In this document: piece by piece, positions 18,103 through 28,381 of the stretch
Numbering within the stretch: position 1 is the first letter of the stretch
Layout: each line of letters starts with the position of its first letter
From: an uncultured Acidobacteriota bacterium
Lineage (GTDB): Bacteria > Acidobacteriota > Thermoanaerobaculia > Multivoradales > UBA5704
NCBI GenBank assembly: GCA_963770895.1
Contig: CAVYRF010000001.1
Span: 864,001 to 928,000 of the forward strand
Reading direction: 5' to 3'
Length of the DNA: 64,000 nt
The notes under the pieces: generated by a model
The model's database searches: none
The model's input: the letters and a program-made list of their open reading frames with translations, nothing else
What the model was told of the DNA's origin: nothing
Translations under genes and position numbers: made by a program

Positions 18103-19203
18103 CTACTGGTCCTGGCACTGGCCGGAATCGAACAGTGCGGCGACGCCGCAGGTGGAGGTGAACATCTTGTGAGCGGAATGGCTCACTCCCGGCACGAACC
18201 ACAGCCGCTGGTTCCAGCCGGCGGCGTGGCGGGCGTGAAGATAGGCATAGTAGGCTTGGCCGCGCGCAAAGCGATGCGGCCCCTGCGCCCGTCCGCTGCA
18301 CGTGACGTCGAGATCCTTTTCGTGAGGATCGGTATCCGCGGTGCCCAGCAGATAGATGACCTCCCGCTGCACGTAGTCGGCTTCCATCTGCGCCCAGCTG
18401 TTGTCCGCGCCCAGCTTGACGTAGGGGACCGGATCGGCCGTGCCGTACTTCCACTGGTTGAACCCGCGACAGAACGCGGCGCCGCGGAGCAGCGCTCCCT
18501 TGCCGTCGGGAGCGGGCCGTTCGTCGCTGAAGTACAGATAGGATGACGGATTGGCAACCACGAAGCGGAGATGGATGCCGGCGCGGAAGATGGCCGCCGG
18601 CGCCCGGCCCACCACCGCATATCGCTGGACCAGCTGCGCGCCGCCGGAGTGCCCAGCCAGGACCACCGTCTTGAGATTCGGGAACGTCGAGCGGTCGGCG
18701 AGCTGAGCGAGCACGGCGTCGATGACCTCGAAGGACCCCATGGCGACGGGCGCGACGGCCGGAACGCCGGACTCCCAATCGGTTCCCCGCCAGCGCAGCA
18801 CGTCCGGAGCAAGCTGATGCGCGCCGACGTCCTGCTCATCCAGGAATTGAGGCGCGATGAACACCGTATCCCGAGCCGCCGCGCCGGCAAGGTCCGCCGC
18901 GGCCCGAGCCGTGCGATAGTAGCCTTCGACGTCCCGTCCCTTGCCATGAAAGATGATGACCGCGCGCGCGATCTGCGGCTGCGGCTTCGACCAGTCGAGC
19001 GAAATGAGATAGGGCGCCACGCCCGCCCCCTGAGCGGTCGCGATGCGCAGGCCCTGGCTGCCGACCGCGGCGACCGCCGCCGGCCGTCTCGCCGCCCCCA
19101 TCACCATCGGCAGCAACGCCAGGCCCAGCACCGGCCTCAACCTCCAGACGCCTCGCCCCCCAACCGGCGAGCCGGCACGCTTCACGGCACGCTGCATCGC
19201 CAT
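18103..19203 (-). CDS. Secreted alpha/beta hydrolase
   Basis: IFHGKGRD, IAPQFL, nucleophile GHSGGAQ, ANPSSYLYF, VPGVSHS; hydrophobic N-terminal segment; start inferred from a GAGGTG RBS. Confidence 0.85.
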   Translation of the reverse strand: MAMQRAVKRAGSPVGGRGVWRLRPVLGLALLPMVMGAARRPAAVAAVGSQGLRIATAQGAGVAPYLISLDWSKPQPQIARAVIIFHGKGRDVEGYYRTARAAADLAGAAARDTVFIAPQFLDEQDVGAHQLAPDVLRWRGTDWESGVPAVAPVAMGSFEVIDAVLAQLADRSTFPNLKTVVLAGHSGGAQLVQRYAVVGRAPAAIFRAGIHLRFVVANPSSYLYFSDERPAPDGKGALLRGAAFCRGFNQWKYGTADPVPYVKLGADNSWAQMEADYVQREVIYLLGTADTDPHEKDLDVTCSGRAQGPHRFARGQAYYAYLHARHAAGWNQRLWFVPGVSHSAHKMFTSTCGVAALFDSGQCQDQ

Positions 19204-19364
19204 GCAGTCACCTCGCCAAGGTCCGTTCGATCGCCATCCCTCACCGAGCGGCATGTCCCCAAACAGGATCATAGCTTGAGCGCGCAACCCGGACGGGAAG
19301 CCCGGAGGCCAGCCCGCGCTCCCGGCGCTCTCAGCGCTCCCAAGCCGGGCGCAACCCAGCGCCG

Positions 19365-22300
19365 CTACCGGTCCGGTAGCAGCGCGATCGCGGAGCGCAG
19401 CAGCGGATCGAGCGCGGCCGCGCGCGACAGCGCGGCGTGGGCGCGCGCCGCAGCCTGGCGCTGTTCCGCGGGGGAGGCGGCCTGGCGCGCGGCGGCCAGC
19501 TCCAGGATGCCCTGCAGACGCTCGCCGTCGGCCATGCGCGGGTGGAGCGCCAGCGCCTTCTGGATCGCGGCACTGCCGCGAGAGATGGCGGCGGGGCAAC
19601 CGTCGCCGGCGGCGCCCAGCCGCTGGGCAGGCGGTCGCCGGAGGACGGTGATTCCGGGCTCGCAGCGCAACTCCTCGACCGTCGCCAGATCGGCCCAGGA
19701 CAAGGCGTCGGTGTCGTTGGCGGCGAGCGACGCGCGGACGTCGCGTTCGGCGGCGGCCAGCAGCCGAGCAGGAGCGCCGCCGCGGCTCAGGGACCAGCGT
19801 GCCGCCACGATTGCGAGGTCGGCGCGGGTGCGGATCACCTCGGCGTCGTTGGGGTTGAGCGCCAGGCTGGCGTCCACCTGGCGGCGCCCCTCGGCGATCG
19901 CCGCGGCCGGGTCGACCCCCCGTGCGCACAGGTAGTCCGCGACATTGAGCGAACCGGTGGCAAGGTTGCTCAGCGGGTCGGGGTCTTTAGGATTGAGCTG
20001 CCGCGCCGCTTCCAGCTCCTGGCGCGCCTGCTCGACCACCGGACGCGGATCGGCTCCGGCCTTGGTTTCGTAGCGGGCGCGGGTGAGCAGGGCGGCGCCC
20101 AGGTTCTGGTGCGCCGAAGGGTAGCGCGGCTGGAGCGCCAGCGCGCCGCGATAGCTGGCCACCGCCTGCGCCAGGTCGGGGCGCGGGTCCAGACCGTTGT
20201 CCAGCGCGTATTCGCCCGCCAGCTCGTAGGCGTTGCCCAGGTTGGAGTAGGCCTGGAACGTGCGCGGGTTGATCGCCAGGGTGCGGCGGTAGCTGGCCTC
20301 GGCGGCGGCCAGCAGCGGCCGCGGGTCGTGCCCGTGCAGCCGGTCGTAGGCGGCGCGCTGGAACAGGGTGTAGGCCAGCCGGTGGTGGAGGTTGGCGACC
20401 GACGGGTCGATTGCCAGGCCGCGCCGGAAGCTCGCCGCGGCGCTGTCCAGGGCGGGAGTGGGGTCCAGGCCGCGGCCGATCTGGTACTCGCCCAGCGCCA
20501 GCTGGGCAAAGCCGAGCTGCTGGTGCGTCACCGCCGAGCCCGGAGCCAGGGTTGCCGCCTGTTGGCCGTCCGCCAGGGCGCGCGCGAAGCAGCGCGTCGG
20601 GTCGCCCCCATGTTCCGCCTGGTAGCGCCCCATGCGCAGCCACGCTTCGGCGCGCCGTCGCACCAGGTCGGCCGCCGCCGGCGTGCCGCTGCCGTCGGGC
20701 GCGGCCAGGGCCGTGGTGGTGGCGGCGACCACCGCGTCGAAGGCGCCCGCCGGGTCCACCCCGTGGTCTTCACGGTCCAGTCCGATCACCAGGTACGCCT
20801 GGGCCAGGGCGCCTTGCGCCGCGACGCTCTGCGGATCGGCCGCCAGGGCCGTGCCGCACGCCGAGCGCACGGCCCCCAGGGCGGTTTCGAGCGCCTCGCC
20901 CGAACCGCCGCGAGCCCAGGCCAGGTCCAGCGCCGCGGCTTCCAGCGAGCAGCGCGCGGCCAGGATCTCCGGCGCGCTGCGGGCGACCGCCGCGGCCGCC
21001 GCATCGTCGCTCCGCCCGGCCGCCAGCCATGCCGCCGCACCCTCGTAGTCGCCGCGCTCGCGCGCCTCGCGCCCGAGCTGCAGGTGGACGTCGCCCATCA
21101 GCAGGCCGGCCTCGAAGTGGCCGGGATCTTCGGCAAAGGCGCGCGCCGCATGCCGCACCGCTGCCGGCAGGCGGTGCTCGGCCAGGGCCAGCAGCGCCAG
21201 CAGGTACTGCCGGCTCTCGCCGGGCGCGCCGCGGCTGGCGGCCAGCGCTGCCCGCGCCGGCGCCAGGAACTTCCGTTCCGCCTCCTGGCGGCGGGCGCGG
21301 CGCAGGTCTTCGTCCGCCAGGTCCGATTCGCGCTCGATCTGCGACTGGTAGCGTTCGGTCAGCACGCGGCCCAGCGCGTAGGCAACCTCGGGAGCGCGAT
21401 ACCCGAGATCCCACGCCGCGCTCAGCTCGCGATGGGCCTCCTCCAGCCGGTGCAGCGCCAGGTAGCCCCGCCCTAGCGCATAGTGGCCGGGGCCGCGCGC
21501 CAGGTCGCCCAACCGCTCCGCCTGCGCCGCCAGCTGGCGCATCCGCTCCTGCACCAGCCGCTGATCCGGCCGCACGTCGTGGAGCGGCAGCAGATACGCG
21601 ATGCGCAGAGTGGTTTCGATCTCCTGCACCTGCCTGCCGAAGCGCTGCGCCGCCAGCGCCGACTCGCGGGCGCGCCACTGCGCGCGCCAGCCGAACAGCG
21701 CCAGCCCGCCCAGCGCCACGACGCCCAGCGCGCCCACAGCCGTCGCCGCGCGATGCTTGCGCAGCCGCTTCGCCGTGCGGTACCACCAGCCGGCCGGCCG
21801 CGCCGACACCGGGTCGCCGTCCAGGTAGCGGCGCAGGTCGGCCGCCAGCGCCCGCGCCGAGTCGTAGCGCCGCTCCGGCTCGCGCTCCAGGCATTTCATG
21901 ACCACCCGCTGCAAATCCGGCGGCAATCCCGCCGCCCGCCGCCCGATGGGCGTCACCTCCGCCTGCAGCAGCCGCAGCAGCACTTCGCTCGCCTGCCCCT
22001 TGCCGAACGGCGGCTGGCCGCACAGCAGCTCATACAGCGTCGCCCCCAACCCCCACACATCCACCCGGCGGTCGATCGCCGCCGCGCCCGCCTGCTCGGG
22101 GGCCATGTAGTAGAGCGACCCCACCGCCAGCCCCACCCGCGTTTCATGCGGCGCCGCGGTATCGCGCGCCACGCCGAAATCCGCCACGTACGGATGCGGC
22201 TTGCCGTCCTCGCCCCGCTCGATCAGGATGTTGCCCGGCTTGAGGTCGCGGTGGATCAGTCCGGTGCGGTGCGCCGCATGCACCCCCTCGGCAACCTGGC

Positions 22301-22712
22301 GCATCACCTCCGCCAGCTGCTCGACGCTCATCTCCGCCGCCGCCTCGCCCAGGCTGCCCCCGGCCACCAGCTGCATCGCGATGTAAGGCCGGCCCGCTAC
22401 GTCGCCGGCGTCATACACCTTGCACACATTGTCGTGCTCGATTCGCGCCTGCGCCCGCGCCTCGCGCAGCAGCCGCTCGACCGACGCCCCGTCCTGGGCG
22501 ACCAGGCACTTGAGCGCCACCGGCCGCCGCAGCAAGGTGTCCCACGCCTTCCACACCCGCCCCATGCCGCCCGACCCCAGCAGCGCCTCCACCCGATACC
22601 GCCCCCACTCGCCCCCGCGCTCAGGCCCCTCCGCAGGCCCGCCGCCCACCTGCCAGCGGCCCTGGTCGCCGGCGTCCGTCGACGCGTCGCCACTGCTCGC
22701 CCGCTCCGCCAC
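19365..22712 (-). CDS. Hanks-type Ser/Thr kinase with TM helix and TPR-like repeats
   Basis: LGSGGMGRVWKA, VALK, HRDLKPGN, DFGVA, YMAPEQ; TM segment; repeated GxDP..A..SYR.AL units. Confidence 0.93.
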   Translation of the reverse strand: MAERASSGDASTDAGDQGRWQVGGGPAEGPERGGEWGRYRVEALLGSGGMGRVWKAWDTLLRRPVALKCLVAQDGASVERLLREARAQARIEHDNVCKVYDAGDVAGRPYIAMQLVAGGSLGEAAAEMSVEQLAEVMRQVAEGVHAAHRTGLIHRDLKPGNILIERGEDGKPHPYVADFGVARDTAAPHETRVGLAVGSLYYMAPEQAGAAAIDRRVDVWGLGATLYELLCGQPPFGKGQASEVLLRLLQAEVTPIGRRAAGLPPDLQRVVMKCLEREPERRYDSARALAADLRRYLDGDPVSARPAGWWYRTAKRLRKHRAATAVGALGVVALGGLALFGWRAQWRARESALAAQRFGRQVQEIETTLRIAYLLPLHDVRPDQRLVQERMRQLAAQAERLGDLARGPGHYALGRGYLALHRLEEAHRELSAAWDLGYRAPEVAYALGRVLTERYQSQIERESDLADEDLRRARRQEAERKFLAPARAALAASRGAPGESRQYLLALLALAEHRLPAAVRHAARAFAEDPGHFEAGLLMGDVHLQLGREARERGDYEGAAAWLAAGRSDDAAAAAVARSAPEILAARCSLEAAALDLAWARGGSGEALETALGAVRSACGTALAADPQSVAAQGALAQAYLVIGLDREDHGVDPAGAFDAVVAATTTALAAPDGSGTPAAADLVRRRAEAWLRMGRYQAEHGGDPTRCFARALADGQQAATLAPGSAVTHQQLGFAQLALGEYQIGRGLDPTPALDSAAASFRRGLAIDPSVANLHHRLAYTLFQRAAYDRLHGHDPRPLLAAAEASYRRTLAINPRTFQAYSNLGNAYELAGEYALDNGLDPRPDLAQAVASYRGALALQPRYPSAHQNLGAALLTRARYETKAGADPRPVVEQARQELEAARQLNPKDPDPLSNLATGSLNVADYLCARGVDPAAAIAEGRRQVDASLALNPNDAEVIRTRADLAIVAARWSLSRGGAPARLLAAAERDVRASLAANDTDALSWADLATVEELRCEPGITVLRRPPAQRLGAAGDGCPAAISRGSAAIQKALALHPRMADGERLQGILELAAARQAASPAEQRQAAARAHAALSRAAALDPLLRSAIALLPDR

Positions 22713-22767
22713 GGCTTCTCCCTGATTGAGATGTGCCCACCAGCATACCGCGGGCGCGGATGCCCGG

Positions 22768-23397
22768 TCAGAGGCGCACGATGCCGCGGCGGATTGCTGT
22801 CAGCACGGCTTCGGTGCGGTCGCGCACGCCCAGCTTGTCGTAGATGCTGAGCACGTGGGTCTTCACCGTGCCTTCGCCGATATGGAGGTGGAGGCCGATC
22901 TGGCGGTTGCTCTTGCCGGCGGCGATGCCGCGCAGCACCTCGATCTCGCGCGGGCTCAGGCCGGGGCCGGCGGTGGCGCGCGCGGCCAGGCGGGTCGCGG
23001 CGGCGGCCGACAGATGGCTGCCGCCGCCGGCGACGGCGCGCACGGCGGCCAGCAGCTCGGCGGTGGCGCAATCCTTCAGCAGGTAGCCGCGGGCGCCCTT
23101 GGCCAGCGCCTGATAGATGCTTTCGTCGCCGTCGTAGGTGGTCAGCACCAGGATGCTGGCGGCGGGGAACTCGCGGCGGATGGCGGCGATCGCCTGTACG
23201 CCGTCCATGCCCGGCAGCGCCAGGTCCATCAGCGTGACGTCGGGTTGCAGCTCGCGGTAAGAGCGCACCGCCGCGTCGCCGTCGCCGGCGGCGCCGACGA
23301 CGGCGATGTCGGGCTGATAGTCCAGCACGGCGGTCAGGCCGTCGCGCACCACGGCGTGGTCGTCCACCACCAGCACGCGGATCGGCGGCGAGCTCAT
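22768..23397 (-). CDS. NarL/LuxR-family response regulator
   Basis: IRVLVVDDH, PDVTLMDL, GYLLKD, LSPREIEVL..GKSNRQI..TVKTH; ATGA overlap with the kinase. Confidence 0.95.
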   Translation of the reverse strand: MSSPPIRVLVVDDHAVVRDGLTAVLDYQPDIAVVGAAGDGDAAVRSYRELQPDVTLMDLALPGMDGVQAIAAIRREFPAASILVLTTYDGDESIYQALAKGARGYLLKDCATAELLAAVRAVAGGGSHLSAAAATRLAARATAGPGLSPREIEVLRGIAAGKSNRQIGLHLHIGEGTVKTHVLSIYDKLGVRDRTEAVLTAIRRGIVRL

Positions 23398-24632
23398 GCG
23401 ATCGGGATGGTCGCCAGCACGCGCGTGCCGCGCGCCGGTGCGCTGTCGATGTGCAGCTCGCCGCCCAGCTGGCGAGCCCGCTCCGTCATGTTGCGCAGGC
23501 CGCAGCCGGCGCCACCGGCGCCGTCGGACGCGCCGGTGGCCGGCGCGGCGGCCGCCGCCCGCGGCAGTGCCGCGATGCCGCAGCCGTCGTCGGCGATCTC
23601 GAGCGTGGTGGCGTGCGGCAGATAGCGCAGGTGGATCTCGATGCTCGCCGGCCGCGCGTGGCGCACGGCGTTGGTCATCGCCTCCTGGCCGATGCGCAGC
23701 AGGTGGGCTTCGACCTCGTCGGACAGGGCGTAGGGCGCGCCCTCCAGGTGGGAGGAAAAGCGAATGCCAGCACCGGCGGTCAGCTGCTCGCCGATGTGCG
23801 CCATCGCCGCCAGCAGGTCGCCGCCGGCGAGCGGCCCCGGCCGCAAGCCGCGCACCGAGCGGCGCGCCTCGTCCAGGCTTTCGCGCGCCAGCCCGCGCGC
23901 CCGCGCCAGGTGGGCGCGGGCGGCGGCGGGGTCGGCGTCCAGCCGTACCTCGGCGGCGTTCAACTGCTGCACGATGCCGGTGAACCCCTGCGCCAGGGTG
24001 TCGTGGATCTCGCGCGCGAAGCGGGTGCGCTCGGCGACGACGGCGCTGCGCTGGCGCTCTTCGAGCAGGCGCTCCGAAGCCACCAGGCGCTCCAGGTGCT
24101 GTGCCGCGAGCCCCACCAGCCAGCCGGCGCCGGCGTAGATCGCGCACCAGCCGAGCGCCAGCAGCCAGTCGCCGCCGATCGCCCAGGTCACGAACAGCAG
24201 CAGCAGGCAGCAGACGAGCGTCCAGGTGCGCACGAAGTAAGCGCCGACGAGCAGGCCGCAAAGCAGGATGGTGAGCACCAGCAGGCCGCCGGCGAAATGG
24301 CGCAGGCCGTAGTGGGCGATGGTAAAGGCCGCCGCGTGGCTGGCGGCGACCAACACCAGGGTGGCCGCGCTCAGGGTGTGCCGGCGGTGGGTGAACCAGG
24401 CGGCCAGGAGCAGCAGCGACGCCGGCTCCAGGATGGCCCAGAACAGGGTGGCGGCGCCGGCCCGCGCCCACCACAGCACCAGCGCCTGGCACCCCAGGGC
24501 GGCCGCCACCGCCGCCAGGATCGGCCGCAGCAGGCGGGCGCGCAGCGGCTCCTCGCGGGCGAGCCGCTGCGCGGTCAGGCCGTAGACCCGCCAGGTCCAG
24601 CGGCGGCGGTCGGTCAGTCGGCCGGCGTCCAT
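23394..24632 (-). CDS. Membrane sensor histidine kinase (HisKA_3)
   Basis: Several TM helices; ERTRFAREIHDTLAQG, QEAMTNAVRHA, DDGCG, GLRNMTERA. Confidence 0.92.
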   Translation of the reverse strand: MDAGRLTDRRRWTWRVYGLTAQRLAREEPLRARLLRPILAAVAAALGCQALVLWWARAGAATLFWAILEPASLLLLAAWFTHRRHTLSAATLVLVAASHAAAFTIAHYGLRHFAGGLLVLTILLCGLLVGAYFVRTWTLVCCLLLLFVTWAIGGDWLLALGWCAIYAGAGWLVGLAAQHLERLVASERLLEERQRSAVVAERTRFAREIHDTLAQGFTGIVQQLNAAEVRLDADPAAARAHLARARGLARESLDEARRSVRGLRPGPLAGGDLLAAMAHIGEQLTAGAGIRFSSHLEGAPYALSDEVEAHLLRIGQEAMTNAVRHARPASIEIHLRYLPHATTLEIADDGCGIAALPRAAAAAPATGASDGAGGAGCGLRNMTERARQLGGELHIDSAPARGTRVLATIPIA

Positions 24633-26644
24633 GCCCACCCCGTGGCCATCTGCGCGAGCAGCCGCGGCGCCTCCGCGCCGGTGCCGGTCAGGACCCAGAG
24701 CGAGTTGCCGACGGCCGCCACCATTCGCACCTTGTCCGGCGACGATACCAGCTGCGCCGGAGCACCGTCGAGCGCCGCGGGGCGGGCGGCCGCGCCGGTG
24801 GCGGGGGAGAACTCGGCGAGCAGGCGGGCGACGGCCTGGGCGCGGTCGCCGCGCGGCGCCACGAGCTCCACCTGGACGCTCGCGGTGGGGGTGGTCACCG
24901 CCACCACCGTGGCGTCGGGGTAGATCGCGTCCAGCTTCGCAAAGCTGCTGCCGGCCGGCTTGTGCAAGGCGAACCCGAGCCAGGGGTTGCGGTAGGTGTC
25001 GCCGGCGACGGTGAAGCCGGGTGCGCCGGCCGGGACCCGGTGGACGCGGCCGGCGGCGGTGTAGGCGAGCACCTGCACCTCCAGGTTGCCGTAGGCCTGG
25101 GCGGCGGCGGCGATCGCCGCGCTCAGGTTGTCGTCGCCGGTGTAGCTGCCGAACTGGAAGCGGGCGGCGTCGGCGACGCCGGGGGCGTACAGCGCGGCGT
25201 CGAGCGGCAGCCAGGCGCGGCCGATGCGCACCTCGGTCCAGGCGTGGCCGCCCCAGATGCCGTCCACGTAGGCGTAACCCATGGCGATGCGCGCCGGGAT
25301 GCCGGCCGCGCGCTCCAGCGCCGCCAGCAGCACGGCAAAGGCGATGCAGGTGCCGCGGCGGTTGCGCGCCACCTCGGAGGCCGGTGCCAGCGCGATGCCG
25401 AGGTCGAACTCGACGTGTGCCGCGGTCCAGTCCTGCAGCGCCCGCGCCGCGTCCAGCGGCCGGGCGGCGGCGTCCAGCGGCGCGCCCGCGGCGCCGGCCA
25501 CGTCCAGGACCTGTTGCGCCAGGCGCACCACCTCGGGGTCGTCCGCCTGCACCAGGGCGTTCGGCGCCAGGGCGGGGTCGGCCGCCGCCGGCAGGGCGGC
25601 GACGCCGGGGCCGGCGGGTCCGCCGTCGGCGCTGGCCGGGCCGGCAGCGGAGCCGGTGGCAGATCCGCCGCGGCGTATCTCCAGGTCCAGCGTCGTCGGC
25701 GTCCTGGCCAGGACGCGCTGGCCCGGTCCGTCGAAGGCCGGCCAGCCCAGGTCGGGACGGCGCTGGGTGAGGCGCAGCGTCACGCTCTCCAGCGAGCGCG
25801 GCTCCGGCAGGCGGATGTTGGAGCGCGCCAGCGTCCGCTCGTACGACTCGGCGGGCAGCTCGGTTTCGCCGGCCGTCGCCCGCTGGGCCGTGGCGCGGTC
25901 GGCCAGCCGCATCTCCACTTTGCCGAACGGCAGTTGGGCGGCGCTCCCCAGCGGCCACCCGGCGGCGTCGAGCCACACCTGCACGGTGCCCGGCGTGACG
26001 TCGTTGCGCTCCTCGACCAGCAGCGCCGGAGTGCCGGCGGACGGCTCGGCGCGCAGCACCGTGCGGGTCACCAGGGCGACGTTGCCGGCGTCGGCGGCAT
26101 AGGTCCGATACGACACCGTGTCGCCGGCGGCGTGCAGCGCCTCGCGGCTGCGCCGGGCCGCCCCCACCGGCCCCAGCAGGGTGCCGTCGACCGGCAGCGT
26201 GCGGCGGTAGGAGCGGTCGCCGGCGCGCGTCGCAAGCTCCAGGCCGCCGGCGCCGGCCACCCCGTCCACGGTGAGGCTCTGCTGCGAGCTGGACACCACC
26301 GCGTGCACCGCGATCAGCCCGCCGGCGGCGTCCTCGGTGGTTTCGACCCGCGTTTCGATCCGCACCTTGGCGCCCAGGCGGTTGATCACCATCAGCATCT
26401 CCTGCCGCGTGCGGGTGCCCGCTCCCGCCGGCTCGACCTGTTCGTGGTACGAGCCCGCCGGCGTGCCGGCCAGGCGAATCTCCTGCCAGCGCTCGCCGGC
26501 CGCGGGGATCGGCTGCGCCGGGGCACCGGCCGCCGGCAGCGCCGCGCCGCCGCAGGCCGCGCCGCTCCAGGCCGCGGCGATGGCGCACACCGCTAGCCGG
26601 CGCCGTGCAAGCTGTCTCAGGTTCTGTCTGCCGCTCTGTCGCAT
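24614..26644 (-). CDS. Secreted transglutaminase-like domain protein
   Basis: Cys-His-Asp triad: GTCIAFAVLLAAL..GIPAR..HAWTEV..WLPLDA; N-terminal signal; GGAGG RBS. Confidence 0.88.
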   Translation of the reverse strand: MRQSGRQNLRQLARRRLAVCAIAAAWSGAACGGAALPAAGAPAQPIPAAGERWQEIRLAGTPAGSYHEQVEPAGAGTRTRQEMLMVINRLGAKVRIETRVETTEDAAGGLIAVHAVVSSSQQSLTVDGVAGAGGLELATRAGDRSYRRTLPVDGTLLGPVGAARRSREALHAAGDTVSYRTYAADAGNVALVTRTVLRAEPSAGTPALLVEERNDVTPGTVQVWLDAAGWPLGSAAQLPFGKVEMRLADRATAQRATAGETELPAESYERTLARSNIRLPEPRSLESVTLRLTQRRPDLGWPAFDGPGQRVLARTPTTLDLEIRRGGSATGSAAGPASADGGPAGPGVAALPAAADPALAPNALVQADDPEVVRLAQQVLDVAGAAGAPLDAAARPLDAARALQDWTAAHVEFDLGIALAPASEVARNRRGTCIAFAVLLAALERAAGIPARIAMGYAYVDGIWGGHAWTEVRIGRAWLPLDAALYAPGVADAARFQFGSYTGDDNLSAAIAAAAQAYGNLEVQVLAYTAAGRVHRVPAGAPGFTVAGDTYRNPWLGFALHKPAGSSFAKLDAIYPDATVVAVTTPTASVQVELVAPRGDRAQAVARLLAEFSPATGAAARPAALDGAPAQLVSSPDKVRMVAAVGNSLWVLTGTGAEAPRLLAQMATGWAWTPAD

Positions 26645-26773
26645 CGGTCGTTACCTCCCGACCGCAACGCTACGCGGCCGGCGCCGGCGGCGGTATCCGG
26701 CGGATGGCAGATTTTTTCCTCTATCGAAAGGTAGACCCGCGCCCTGTCACCATGCTCGCTGGCGCTGTGGGAT

Positions 26774-26803
26774 GGGGCCGGCCGATGGCTGGCGGCCGGC
26801 CCC
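26774..26803. terminator. 11-bp GC hairpin downstream of the DinB gene
   Basis: GGGGCCGGCCG-8 nt-CGGCCGGCCCC. Confidence 0.5.
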
Positions 26804-26812
26804 GGGGGAGGG

Positions 26813-27391
26813 TCACTTCTTCGGCTGGGGCATGAATCCGGGCTCGCTGGTCGGCGGCACGATGTTCTTCAGGCGCATGTAGGTGACGATGTTGCCGTAG
26901 TGTTCCAGGCTGTGCATCATGTTGACCGTCAACACGTCGAGGCGCGGGGTGTCGCCTCCCATCAGTTTCACCAGCTGCGCGCCGGAGGTGTCGTTCATGC
27001 TGGCGTATGCCTTGTCACAGTAAGCGAAGGCGGCTTTCAGCGCCGCCGTCAGGTCGGCCTTCGAAGTCTTGGTCTCCTCGATTTTCAGGCTGGGGTTCTT
27101 CTCGCCGAGGGCGATGGAACAGAACAGGTACTGAGAGTCGGCGAGGTGCCCGACGACCTGACCGAAAGTGCGGACAGCGTCGGTGGGCTTGAAGTTGTAG
27201 CTCTCCTCGGGCATTTTGTCGGCGGCGCGGAGCAGGACAGCCTGCACGTAGGAATACGCGCCCTTGTGCCAGGTGCTGAACGGATTGTCCTGGGCGGCGG
27301 CGCCGGCGGCCGGCGCCAGCAGGCAGAGGAGCAGCGCGGGCAGCAGCATCGACGCGCGGTTGCTGCTGGAGGTCTTGACGGTGCTTTGCAT
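26813..27391 (-). CDS. Secreted DinB-family protein
   Basis: Signal peptide; MPEESYNFKPT..RTFGQVVGHLA; HSLEHYGN metal-binding His residues. Confidence 0.88.
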   Translation of the reverse strand: MQSTVKTSSSNRASMLLPALLLCLLAPAAGAAAQDNPFSTWHKGAYSYVQAVLLRAADKMPEESYNFKPTDAVRTFGQVVGHLADSQYLFCSIALGEKNPSLKIEETKTSKADLTAALKAAFAYCDKAYASMNDTSGAQLVKLMGGDTPRLDVLTVNMMHSLEHYGNIVTYMRLKNIVPPTSEPGFMPQPKK

Positions 27392-27436
27392 TTCCTTCTC
27401 CTTTGTTCACAGAGGCCTTTGGGGCACTCATGAAAA

Positions 27437-28381
27437 TCAGATCGGTTGGCGATAGCGGCGGAGGCGAACGGCGCCGGCGAGAAACGCCGCGGCGGCGACC
27501 AACCCGCTCCACAAGCCGGGGGTGCTCAGGAACTTCGCCGGGTCGAGCTGCGCCAGGCGATCGATGACCGCGCCCCGTTGCAGCTCGGACGCAAAGGCCG
27601 CCTGGATACCGCCCAACAGGCGGTACCGCAGCAGGGAGGCGAAGTGCGAGCTGTGGAAGGCCATCCTTTCGATCACGCAGAGCGCGAGCGGCGGCAGCGC
27701 GGCCCACAGCACGGGCGAGCGGCGCGCCCAGGCCGAAACCAGCAGCAGCCAGCCGTAGAGCGGGGCATGCCAGAGCGCCAGCGTGGCGAGGCTATAGAGC
27801 AGCACCAGCGGCATCTGGAGCAGCGGCAATTCGCCCCACAGCGGGGCGGCGCTCTCGCCATGCGCCAGCAGGTGCGCGCTGCTCAGCAGCAGCAGGATGC
27901 ATTGCACGGCCAGGCTGAGCGCGCAGGTGAGGAGCGGCAGCACCGCCAGCGGAATGCTCGCCTTGGCGAGCACCGTGGTGCGATCCGAAACCGGCAGCGA
28001 CTTCCAGAACAGCAGGCTGCGATCGCGCCGCTCGCCGTACAGCGCGTCGAGCGAGTAGAAGATCCCGACCAGGAGCATGACCAGCACGAGCGGCACCGGC
28101 ACCATGGCGTACGGCCTGACGACCGCGGCATGCCGCGCCGCCGGAGCGAGCGCCGGCAAGGTGCGCACCGTCGCCGGCAGGCCGATCTGAGCGATCAAGG
28201 AGCCGACCATCACCACGCCGGCGACGGCGAGCGGCGCCACATAGACCGATCGGTTCTCCCACAGCTCGCGGCGCACCGACCAGCGCAGCGGGCTCATCCC
28301 CGGCGTCGCCGACGTCGCCGGCCTTGCTGACGTCGCCGGGCCGCCGGGAGGCTCAGGCACGGTATTCGAAAGGTTATCCAT
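27437..28381 (-). CDS. ABC-2 type transporter permease
   Basis: RRELWENR, ERRDRSLLFWKSLPVS; about 6 TM segments; follows the ATPase. Confidence 0.88.
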   Translation of the reverse strand: MDNLSNTVPEPPGGPATSARPATSATPGMSPLRWSVRRELWENRSVYVAPLAVAGVVMVGSLIAQIGLPATVRTLPALAPAARHAAVVRPYAMVPVPLVLVMLLVGIFYSLDALYGERRDRSLLFWKSLPVSDRTTVLAKASIPLAVLPLLTCALSLAVQCILLLLSSAHLLAHGESAAPLWGELPLLQMPLVLLYSLATLALWHAPLYGWLLLVSAWARRSPVLWAALPPLALCVIERMAFHSSHFASLLRYRLLGGIQAAFASELQRGAVIDRLAQLDPAKFLSTPGLWSGLVAAAAFLAGAVRLRRYRQPI

